Shown here: positions 37,427-45,401 of the stretch, one piece after another
How the letters are laid out: every line of letters begins with the position of its first letter
Position numbering within the stretch: position 1 is the first letter of the stretch
Assembly (NCBI GenBank): GCA_038203295.1
Contig: JBBREC010000001.1
Span: 11,699-75,698, forward strand
Length of the DNA: 64,000 nucleotides
Origin: Caulobacterales bacterium
GTDB taxonomy: Bacteria; Pseudomonadota; Alphaproteobacteria; Caulobacterales; Caulobacteraceae
Direction: 5' to 3'
The notes under the pieces: model-generated
What the model saw: the letters and a program-made list of their open reading frames with translations, nothing else
Told to the model about the DNA's origin: nothing
Databases searched by the model: none
Position numbers and translations under genes: made by a program

Positions 37427-38069
37427 ATGAGAATGTGCCGTTTCGCCGCGATGGCCGCGGTGTCCACGATCGCCCTGACGATGGCGGCGCCGGTCGCAGC
37501 GCAGAGCGTAAACGAACTTGAGCAACTGGTCGTCACCGCCCAGAAGCGGGAGCAGAATCTCCAGGAGGTGCCGGTCGCGGTCAGCGCCTTCTCCGAGGCT
37601 GCGCTGGACCGGGTACAGATCGAGGACGCTACCGACATCCAGTTCTCGATCCCCAACGCTGTCCTGACGGGCAACGATCGGTTCACCCTGCGCGGGGTCG
37701 GCAACAATGCTCTTGCCGCGGTCGACCTGGGCGTACCCGCGTTCGTCAATGGCGCGGCCCTCGGCTACCGGTCCGTTCCACGGCGACTGGACGGCGACAT
37801 ACCGGGTCGACGCCACATGGCAGGATTCTTACTTCGCCCGCGAGTACGACACACCCACCGACCGCATCGACTCCTGGGGCGTGATCGATCTGCAGCTGCG
37901 CCTGGACAATGATCCGGCCGGTCTGGGCGTGCGCTTCTTCGTCAAGAACCTGACCGACGGCGACAACCTCACCAACATCATCATCGAGGACGCCCTGATC
38001 GGCCGCTATCGCAACGCCCGCCTGCTGGAGCCCCGGACCTATGGCCTCATCTTGCAGAAGCGGTTCTAA
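37427..38069 (+). pseudogene. TonB-dependent receptor inactivated by a large internal deletion plus frameshift
   Basis: The first frame gives a signal peptide and plug start (MRMCRFAAMAAVSTIALTMAAPVAAQ...LVVTAQKREQNLQEVPVAVSAF...TLRGVGNN...AFVNGAALG). From about 37763 a +1 frame gives only the last 100 or so barrel residues (..WTATYRVDATWQDSYF...VRFFVKNLTDGDN...LEPRTYGLILQKRF). The whole remnant is about 640 nt versus more than 2.2 kb for the intact paralogs in this window. Confidence 0.8.
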
Positions 38070-38215
38070 TCCCGCGCCGGGTGGTGTTGGGTCTCGCGCG
38101 GGGGTGGACGGTTCTCCGTTGACGCCGGCGTGGCAGCACCGGCTCTTTGCGCCCAGCGTCGCCGGACTGCGGCCGCCGCTGTATGAGGGGACAGTCCCCG
38201 CCCCGGAGTCTCCCC

Positions 38216-39940
38216 ATGGCCGACAAGCCGATGCGCAGTCAGAAAAACTTCGGCAAGCTGGACCGGGACGGGTTCATCCACCGCAGCTGGATCAAGGGCA
38301 CAGGCCTGCCGGAGCACGTCTTCGACGGCCGTCCGGTGATCGGCATCTGCAACACCTGGTCGGAGCTGGTCACCTGTCAGTTCCACCTGCGTGACCTTGC
38401 CGAGTATGTGAAGCGCGGCGTCTGGGAGGCGGGCGGCGTGCCCATCGAGTTCCCCGCCATGTCGCTGCCCGAGACGCAGATGCGGCCGACGGCGATGCTG
38501 TTCCGTAATCTGCTGGCCATGGAGGTCGAGGAGAGCCTTCGGGCCAATCCGATCGACGGCGTAGTCCTGCTGGGCGGCTGCGACAAGACCACGCCGGGCC
38601 AGCTGATGGGCGCGGCCAGCGTCGATCTGCCCACCATGGTGGTCTCGTCAGGACCGATGCTGAACGGCAAGTTCCAGGGCCGCGATATCGGGTCGGGCAC
38701 CGATGTGTGGCGGTTCTCGGAGGCGGTCCGCGCCGGCGAGATGACCCTCGCCGACTTCATGGGCGCCGAGGCGGGCATGAGCCGCAGCCACGGCACCTGC
38801 AACACCATGGGCACAGCGTCCACCATGGCCAGCCTGATCGAAGCGCTGGGCGTTAGCCTGCCAAACAACGCCGCGTTGCCGGGCGTGGACGCCCGCCGCA
38901 AGACCCTGGCGCACCTGACCGGCAACCGCATAGTCGAGCTGGTGAAGCAGGATGTGCGGCTCTCGCAGATCCTGACCCGAGAGGCGTTCGAGAACGCCAT
39001 CCTGATGCACGCGGCGATCGGCGGTTCGACCAATGCGGTGGTGCATCTCCTGGCCCTGGCCGGCCGGGTCGGCGTGCCTCTTTCACTTGACGACTTTGAC
39101 CTGATCGGGCGCGAGGTCCCGCTGCTGGTCGACCTGATGCCCTCGGGCCGCTTCCTGATGGAGGACTTCTGCTACGCCGGGGGCTGCCCGGCGGTGATGA
39201 AGGAGCTTGGCCCGGTGTTCCGGCGCGACGCGGTCACGGTGTCGGGCTTTGCCCAGGGCGCCATCGCCGACGCCGCTGAGGTCTGGAACCGCGAGGTGAT
39301 CGGCACGCGTGAGGCGCCGATAGGGCCATCGTCCGGGGTCTGGGTTCTGCGGGGCAACCTGTGCCCGGATGGCGCGATTCTAAAGCCCAGCGCCGCTACG
39401 CCGGAACTCCTGACCCACCGCGGCCGCGCGGTGGTGTTCGAGACCATCGAGGACTACCACGCCCGCATCGACGACCCGGACCTGCAGGTCGATGCCACGT
39501 CGGTCCTGGTGCTCAAGGGGTGCGGGCCGAAGGGCTATCCGGGCATGCCCGAGGTGGGCAACATGGCCCTGCCGGCCAAGCTACTGCGGCAGGGGGTGCG
39601 CGACATGGTCCGCATCTCCGATGCCCGGATGAGCGGCACGGCCTATGGAACGGTGATCCTGCATGTGGCGCCGGAGGCCGAGGCCGGCGGCCCGCTGGCG
39701 CTGGTGCGCGACGGTGACGAGATCGCCTTCGACGGGCCGAACCGGAGCCTCGAGCTGGTCGTGGACGCCACCGAACTGGCGCGTCGGCGCCAGGAATGGG
39801 AGGCCGTCCGCCAGCCGCCCGCCTTTACCCGCGGGTGGGCCAAGCTGTACGTCGACACGGTGCTGCAGGCCGACCGGGGCGTGGACCTGGACTTCCTGGT
39901 GGGCAAGTCGAGCGCCGATGTCACGCGCGAGTCCCACTGA
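38216..39940 (+). CDS. IlvD/Edd family sugar-acid dehydratase (arabinonate/xylonate/galactonate dehydratase-like)
   Basis: PVIGICNTWSELVTCQFHL, LLGGCDKTTPG and MSRSHGTCNTMGTAST (Fe-S ligand cysteines). 574 aa from ATG 38216 (GGAG upstream). Confidence 0.9.
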   Translation: MADKPMRSQKNFGKLDRDGFIHRSWIKGTGLPEHVFDGRPVIGICNTWSELVTCQFHLRDLAEYVKRGVWEAGGVPIEFPAMSLPETQMRPTAMLFRNLLAMEVEESLRANPIDGVVLLGGCDKTTPGQLMGAASVDLPTMVVSSGPMLNGKFQGRDIGSGTDVWRFSEAVRAGEMTLADFMGAEAGMSRSHGTCNTMGTASTMASLIEALGVSLPNNAALPGVDARRKTLAHLTGNRIVELVKQDVRLSQILTREAFENAILMHAAIGGSTNAVVHLLALAGRVGVPLSLDDFDLIGREVPLLVDLMPSGRFLMEDFCYAGGCPAVMKELGPVFRRDAVTVSGFAQGAIADAAEVWNREVIGTREAPIGPSSGVWVLRGNLCPDGAILKPSAATPELLTHRGRAVVFETIEDYHARIDDPDLQVDATSVLVLKGCGPKGYPGMPEVGNMALPAKLLRQGVRDMVRISDARMSGTAYGTVILHVAPEAEAGGPLALVRDGDEIAFDGPNRSLELVVDATELARRRQEWEAVRQPPAFTRGWAKLYVDTVLQADRGVDLDFLVGKSSADVTRESH

Positions 39941-40689
39941 TGGTCTTCGCCCGGTATCCGAGCCTGGAAAGCCGCGTCGTGTTCGTGACCGGCGGCGCGA
40001 GCGGCATCGGCGCCAGCCTCGTGGAACAGTTCCACGACCAGGGCGCGAAGGTCGCCTTCGTGGACCGTCAGGCCGACGCCGGCCGGGCGCTGGCGGACCG
40101 GCTGCCAGGCGTGTGGTTCCGGGCGCTGGACGTCACCGCCGCGGCGGCCCTCACGGACGCCATCGCCGCGGCGGCCGAGTCCCTGGGGCCGGTCGCGGTG
40201 CTGGTCAACAACGTGGCCGACGACACCCGCCACGTGGCGGCCGAGACGTCGCCCGAGGCCTGGCGCGCCGGTCTGGCGGTCAATCTGGACCCCGTCTTCA
40301 TCGCCGCCACCGCGGTCTATCCGATGATGCGCGGGGCCGGCGGTGGGGCGATCGTCAATATCGGCTCGATCAACGCCCTCTGGGGCCCGGCCGGCATGGC
40401 CGCCTACGTCGCCGCCAAGGGGGCCATAAACAGCCTGACAAAGGGGCTAGCGCGGGAGTGGGGCGTCGACGGGATCCGGGTTAACGCCCTGTCACCGGGG
40501 TGGGTGGTCACCGACCGGCAGCTCGAGTCGTGGCTGACGCCAGAGGCGGAGGCGGAATGGGCGCGCCACGTGGCCCTGCCCGGACGGATCGCGCCCGACG
40601 ACATCGCGCGGGCGGCCCTGTTCCTGGCGTCCGATGACAGCCGGATGATGACCGGCCAGAACATGGTCGTGGACGCGGGCCGCACCTGA
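39940..40689 (+). CDS. SDR family oxidoreductase (candidate aldose 1-dehydrogenase)
   Basis: VVFVTGGASGIGAS cofactor motif, NNVA, and the YVAAK catalytic motif. The ATG overlaps the dehydratase TGA (TGATG). Confidence 0.88.
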   Translation: MVFARYPSLESRVVFVTGGASGIGASLVEQFHDQGAKVAFVDRQADAGRALADRLPGVWFRALDVTAAAALTDAIAAAAESLGPVAVLVNNVADDTRHVAAETSPEAWRAGLAVNLDPVFIAATAVYPMMRGAGGGAIVNIGSINALWGPAGMAAYVAAKGAINSLTKGLAREWGVDGIRVNALSPGWVVTDRQLESWLTPEAEAEWARHVALPGRIAPDDIARAALFLASDDSRMMTGQNMVVDAGRT

Positions 40690-41597
40690 TGACAACCGCG
40701 ACCCTGCTGGCCTGCGACTGGGGCACGACGAACCTGCGGGCCTGGACTCTCGCCGACGACGGGGCGGTGGTTAACGCCCGGGATTTCCCCTTCGGTGTCG
40801 CACGACTGCGCGCGGGCGAAGCGCCGGCGCGGTTCGCGCAGGTGCGCGAGACCCTTGGGGCCGAGGGCCTTCCCGCGATGCTCTGCGGCATGGTGGGGTC
40901 AAACCTGGGCTGGACCCTGGCGCCCTACGTCGACTGCCCCGCGGGGTTCCAGGAGATCGCCGCGGGCGTGGTGGTTGTCGGTGAGGCCGGCGGGCCGGTG
41001 CGCATCGCCCCCGGTTTGCGGGCGGCGGGCTTCAACGGCCAGGGCGATGTGATGCGCGGCGAGGAGACCCAGGTCCTCGGCTGGCTTGCCGCCGACCCGG
41101 CCCGTGCGGAGGGTCGCCGCCTGATTTGCCATCCCGGAACCCACGCGAAGTGGATGTCGCTCGAGGCGGGCCGGCTCACCGCCTTCGTCACCGCCATGAC
41201 GGGCGAACTTTATGGCCTTCTGAGGGACCACGGCGTCCTCAAGACCGATGCGGCCGCCGACGACATGGCGGCCTTCGACGAGGGCGTGGCCGCTGCCGGC
41301 GAGGGCGACGCGCTGGCGGCGCGCATGTTCACGGCGCGGGCTCGCGTTGTGGGTCGGGGGAAGCCGGCGGACAGCACGGCCAGCTACCTTTCGGGTCTGC
41401 TGATCGGGGCCGAAGTGGCGGCGACGCCGCGGCTGCTCGGCGCTGGCGGCTCGGGCGCCGTGACCCTGCTGGGCGATTCCGACCTTTGCGGCCTCTACGC
41501 GCGGGCCCTGGCGGCGCGGGGCGCGCCCAGCGAGATCTACGACGGCGAGGCGGCGGTGCGCGCGGGCCTGCAGGCGCTATGGGGGGCGACAGGATGA
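40689..41597 (+). CDS. dgoK: 2-dehydro-3-deoxygalactonokinase
   Basis: N-terminus LLACDWGTTNLRAW, GEETQVLG and HPGTHAKW motifs typical of DgoK. TGATG overlap with the SDR gene. Confidence 0.85.
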   Translation: MTTATLLACDWGTTNLRAWTLADDGAVVNARDFPFGVARLRAGEAPARFAQVRETLGAEGLPAMLCGMVGSNLGWTLAPYVDCPAGFQEIAAGVVVVGEAGGPVRIAPGLRAAGFNGQGDVMRGEETQVLGWLAADPARAEGRRLICHPGTHAKWMSLEAGRLTAFVTAMTGELYGLLRDHGVLKTDAAADDMAAFDEGVAAAGEGDALAARMFTARARVVGRGKPADSTASYLSGLLIGAEVAATPRLLGAGGSGAVTLLGDSDLCGLYARALAARGAPSEIYDGEAAVRAGLQALWGATG

Positions 41598-42229
41598 TGA
41601 AGCTTGAGGCCGCACTCGGCGCGTGCCCAATCGTGGCGATCCTGCGCGGCGTCCAGGCGCACGAGGCCGTGGCGCAAGCGGCCGCCCTGTTCGACGCGGG
41701 CGTCCGGGCGCTGGAGGTGCCCTTGAACTCGCCGCGTCCGCTGGACAGTATCGCCGTGATCGTCGCCGCTTACGGCGGGCGCATGGCGATCGGCGCGGGC
41801 ACGGTCCTCACAGCCGAACAGGTCGAGGCCGTGGCGGGCGCCGGCGGCGGGTTCGTTGTGTCGCCGAACACCGAACCCGCGGTGATCCGCGCGGCCCTTG
41901 CGCTGGGCCTGGAGCCGGTTCCGGGGTTTGCAACGGCGACCGAGGCCTTCTCGGCCTACGCCGCCGGCGCGCGGCGCCTGAAGCTGTTCCCGGCGGCGAC
42001 CTATGGCGTGGGCCATCTGCGTCAGCTCAAGGCGGTGCTTCCCTCCGATGCGGAGGTCTGGGCCGTGGGCGGGGTCGGGCCGGACACTATCATGGATTGG
42101 GCGGAGGCAGGTGCAGGCGCCTTCGGCCTGGGCGGCGAACTCTATCGCGCCGGGCAGGACCCGGCGCGGACCGGGACGGCGGCCGCGCGCGCGCTTTCCG
42201 TGCTTCCCCAGCGAAGACACGCGATGTGA
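41594..42229 (+). CDS. dgoA: 2-dehydro-3-deoxy-6-phosphogalactonate (KDPGal) aldolase
   Basis: PIVAILRGV....LEVPLNSP....GAGTVL....VSPN....KLFPA is the pattern of class I KDPG/KDPGal aldolases. ATGA overlap with dgoK. Confidence 0.85.
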   Translation: MMKLEAALGACPIVAILRGVQAHEAVAQAAALFDAGVRALEVPLNSPRPLDSIAVIVAAYGGRMAIGAGTVLTAEQVEAVAGAGGGFVVSPNTEPAVIRAALALGLEPVPGFATATEAFSAYAAGARRLKLFPAATYGVGHLRQLKAVLPSDAEVWAVGGVGPDTIMDWAEAGAGAFGLGGELYRAGQDPARTGTAAARALSVLPQRRHAM

Positions 42230-42361
42230 TCGATCCGTCGCGCGGGCGAGACTGGTCCCGGAAACTGGGCCGCGGGTGACGGATTGAGGCGTCAATTGCT
42301 GGGCGAATTCAAACAACAGGGAACGCGAGCGGCCAAAGGAGACCACTGGCCCAGACTGCGA

Positions 42362-42438
42362 TGGCGGCCCGGGAGGGACTCGAACCCCCGACCTTAGCTT
42401 TAGGAAAGCTCTGCTCTATCCGGCTGAGCTACCGGGCC
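42362..42438 (-). tRNA. tRNA-Arg (anticodon CCT)
   Basis: The reverse complement folds as a 77-nt cloverleaf: acceptor GGCCCGG/CCGGGCC, D-arm TAGCTCAGCCGGATAGAGCA, anticodon loop TTCCTAA, T-arm GGGGGTTCGAGTCCCTC, and an encoded CCA. Confidence 0.9.
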
Positions 42439-42769
42439 GTGCTAAGGAAATCAGTAACTAGGCGTGAGGCGAATTCCTCGTGCCGTCTAGGTCACAGATA
42501 GGTCGCAAAATGGCGACCCGACACGGCTTCTAGCGAGGATCGGCGCTTGTGTCAGCCCGCCCGACCCTGTGGTCTCGGCGAGACGTTCATAGGGACCCGA
42601 TAGAAGGCGGCGACGCGGGCTGGATTTCGTGTGAGGCCACAATGCGCGGATCTTGCCGGTCGATTTCTCTCGTCAGGTGAATCGATTCGCCTATCCAATT
42701 TGGCTGGATGAATGTTTTTATGGATCGCGTTCCACGAACGCGGATTTGCTACTCAGTGGGGCGAAGCTG

Positions 42770-43795
42770 ATGAATCTGCGCATGAAAATCGGTGTTTCGG
42801 CAATCGCGGTCGTCGCCGCTCTTGGAGCCTACGGCTCCGCATCCGCCGCCGTTTTTGCCACCGGCGATATCTTCGCCGCGGTGAACGCGGGGAATGTCAA
42901 TCACTACAACAGCGCCGGAGTGTTCATTGAGACGTTGAACACCGGACAAGGCGGCTACACGACCGGCATGGCCTTTGACGGAGGTGGCAACCTTCTGGTG
43001 ACGAACTTCTCCGCCGGCAACATCACCAAGTTCAACAATACCGGCGCGATCGTTCCACCGAACCCGTTTACGTCTCCGGGGGCAGCCCCGGAATCGATCT
43101 CGTTCGATGCCAGCGGCAATTTCTACGTTGGCCGGGCGCAGGGAACCCCACAAAAATATGATGCGAACGGAACGCTGCTCCAGACGTTCAGCACCCCGGT
43201 CAATTCGGACTGGCTGGATCTGGCCGCCGATCAGACAACGCTTTTCTACAATGACGAAGGCGGCGTCATTCGGCGGTGGAATACCGCGACCAATACCGCG
43301 CTGGCCAACTTCGCGAACAATGGACTTAACGGCGGGACGAGTTCTTTTGCCCTTCGAATTCTTGGGAATGGCGACGTCCTGACCGCAGCAGGAACCAAGG
43401 TGCTTCAGTACAATTCAGCCGGAACCTTTCTTGGCGGCTACGATATTACAGGCGTCGACGGCTTCTTTGCCCTCAACCTGGACCCCAATGGCACGTCGTT
43501 CTGGAGCGGAAGCTACGACAACTCCACGCTCTACAAATTTAATATCGGAACATTTGGCCTCAATACGTCAATACAGAATATCTATACTGGAGTGGGGCAG
43601 TACAATCTGTATGGCGTCGCCATAGCCGGCGAAATTACCGCCGGTGGGCCACCTCCGACCCCCGGGATTCCCGAACCGTCCACCTGGGCGATGATGCTGC
43701 TCGGCTTCGGCGGCCTCGGGGCGATGCTTCGCCGGCGAAGGGCTCAGTTCCGGCCCGTGGCCGGCTGGCGTCTGACAGAGATGTCACGGCTCTAG
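42770..43795 (+). CDS. secreted beta-propeller (NHL-like repeat) protein with PEP-CTERM sorting signal
   Basis: Signal peptide MNLRMKIGVSAIAVVAALGAYGSASA. Repeated ..G.F....NTG.....G.AFD..GN..V.. units. C-terminal GIPEPSTWAMMLLGFGGLGAMLRRRR, followed by 17 extra residues. Visibly lower G+C than the flanks. Confidence 0.8.
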   Translation: MNLRMKIGVSAIAVVAALGAYGSASAAVFATGDIFAAVNAGNVNHYNSAGVFIETLNTGQGGYTTGMAFDGGGNLLVTNFSAGNITKFNNTGAIVPPNPFTSPGAAPESISFDASGNFYVGRAQGTPQKYDANGTLLQTFSTPVNSDWLDLAADQTTLFYNDEGGVIRRWNTATNTALANFANNGLNGGTSSFALRILGNGDVLTAAGTKVLQYNSAGTFLGGYDITGVDGFFALNLDPNGTSFWSGSYDNSTLYKFNIGTFGLNTSIQNIYTGVGQYNLYGVAIAGEITAGGPPPTPGIPEPSTWAMMLLGFGGLGAMLRRRRAQFRPVAGWRLTEMSRL

Positions 43796-43906
43796 GCGTT
43801 TGCAATCAGCCGGCGCGCAAGCGCCGTGCTTGATGCTGCGCCTCCGCTTGCTGCGTCTCGCGCCGCCGGGAAAGCGTGACTGATCAGCCATTTTTCCGGG
43901 GTACTC

Positions 43907-43948
43907 GCTTGAGGAAGGCTCTGCTCTATCCCGGTGAATTACCGGGTT
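43907..43948 (-). pseudogene. decayed copy of the 5' half (positions about 1-42) of tRNA-Arg(CCT)
   Basis: AACCCGGTAATTCACCGGGATAGAGCAGAGCCTTCCTCAAGC versus the tRNA's GGCCCGGTAGCTCAGCCGGATAGAGCAGAGCTTTCCTAAAGC, about 34 of 42 identical and in the same orientation. No T-arm or 3' end. Confidence 0.6.
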
Positions 43949-44096
43949 ACGCGGCGCGCGCGGCGCCGCGCAACTAGGCGGGCGCCAAGTGTCGATCCCT
44001 GAATGTCTTTGAGGGCGCGATTGCGCCGCAGGCCGCTTCGGTCATAGCTTCGCCCCGGGCGCGCCGCCGTCGGGCGGCGCTTTGGGGAAGCGGTTC

Positions 44097-45401
44097 ATGG
44101 GATTCCTGCGGCATTTCCGTGTGCTCTACGTTCAGGTCCTGATCGGGGTCGCGCTGGGCGTGCTGGTCGGCGCGCTGTGGCCGACCTTCGGGGCGGACCT
44201 GAAACCGCTGGGCGACGCCTTCATCAAGCTGATCAAGATGGCCATCGCGCCGGTGATCTTCTGCACCGTGGCCGGCGGCATCGCGCGGATGAGCGACATG
44301 AAGGCCTTCGGCCGGTTGGGCGCGCGGACGCTGATCTATTTCGAGGTGGTCTCGACGCTGGCGCTGGCCATCGGCCTGATCGTGGGCAAGGTCGTCCAGC
44401 CCGGCGCCGGCTTCAATGTCGACCCGGCGACGCTGGACCCCAAGATCGGCGCTGAATATCTGGCCAAGGCGGAGCACAGCGACACGGTCGTCGCCTACCT
44501 TCTGCACCTGATCCCCGACACCTTCGTGGGCGCCTTCGCCGAGGGTCAGCTGCTGCAGGTCCTGGTGATCGCGATCCTGACGGGCTTCGCCTGCACGCGG
44601 CTGGGCGACTTCGGTGAGAAGGTCGCCGGCGTCCTGGACGACGCGGGCAAGCTCTTCTTCGGAATCATCGGGGTGATCGTGCGGCTCGCGCCCATCGGCG
44701 CCTTTGGAGCGATGGCCTTCACCATCGGCAAGTATGGCGTGGGCGCCCTGGTCAAGCTGGGCGCGCTGATCGGCACCTTCTACCTGACAAGCGCGCTCTT
44801 CGTGCTGATCGTGCTGGGGGCCATCGCCTGGCTCTCGGGCTTCTCGATCCTGAAGTTCATCGCCTACATCCGCGAGGAACTGCTGATCGTGCTCGGCACC
44901 TCGTCGTCGGAATCGGTGCTGCCGCAGATGATGGCCAAGCTGCAGCGCCTGGGCGCCGGCAAGGGCACGGTCGGGCTGGTGATTCCCACCGGCTACAGCT
45001 TCAACCTCGACGGCACCAACATCTACATGACGCTGGCGACGCTGTTCCTGGCCCAGGCCACCAACACGCCGCTGAGCCTTGGGCAGGAGCTCACCATCCT
45101 GGGCGTCGCCATGCTGACCTCGAAGGGGGCGAGCGGAGTGACCGGTGCGGGGTTCATCACGCTCGCGGCCACCCTGGCGGTGATCCCCGACCTGCCGATC
45201 GCGGCGCTGGCGCTGCTGGTGGGCATCGACCGGTTCATGAGCGAGTGCCGGGCGCTGACCAATCTGGTCGGCAACGGCGTGGCGACCCTGGTCATGGCCC
45301 GATGGGAAGGCGACCTCGACCGCGAGACGCTGCAGCGCGAGCTGGACCGCGGTCCAATGGCCGCGGCCGATCCGCTGCTGGCCAACGCCGAGGCGGATTA
45401 G
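44097..45401 (+). CDS. dctA: C4-dicarboxylate transporter DctA (DAACS family)
   Basis: [41 protein letters not shown] and [10 protein letters not shown] motifs. ATG at 44097 preferred over TTG at 44082. Confidence 0.92.
   Translation: MGFLRHFRVLYVQVLIGVALGVLVGALWPTFGADLKPLGDAFIKLIKMAIAPVIFCTVAGGIARMSDMKAFGRLGARTLIYFEVVSTLALAIGLIVGKVVQPGAGFNVDPATLDPKIGAEYLAKAEHSDTVVAYLLHLIPDTFVGAFAEGQLLQVLVIAILTGFACTRLGDFGEKVAGVLDDAGKLFFGIIGVIVRLAPIGAFGAMAFTIGKYGVGALVKLGALIGTFYLTSALFVLIVLGAIAWLSGFSILKFIAYIREELLIVLGTSSSESVLPQMMAKLQRLGAGKGTVGLVIPTGYSFNLDGTNIYMTLATLFLAQATNTPLSLGQELTILGVAMLTSKGASGVTGAGFITLAATLAVIPDLPIAALALLVGIDRFMSECRALTNLVGNGVATLVMARWEGDLDRETLQRELDRGPMAAADPLLANAEAD

Noticed and set aside
42439-43906. 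Calling the tRNA-flanked insert a mobile element or genomic island
   Set aside because: No integrase, transposase, excisionase or terminal inverted repeats could be found in any frame. Only the duplicated tRNA segment and the compositional shift support foreign origin, so it is reported as a finding rather than annotated as a mobile element.
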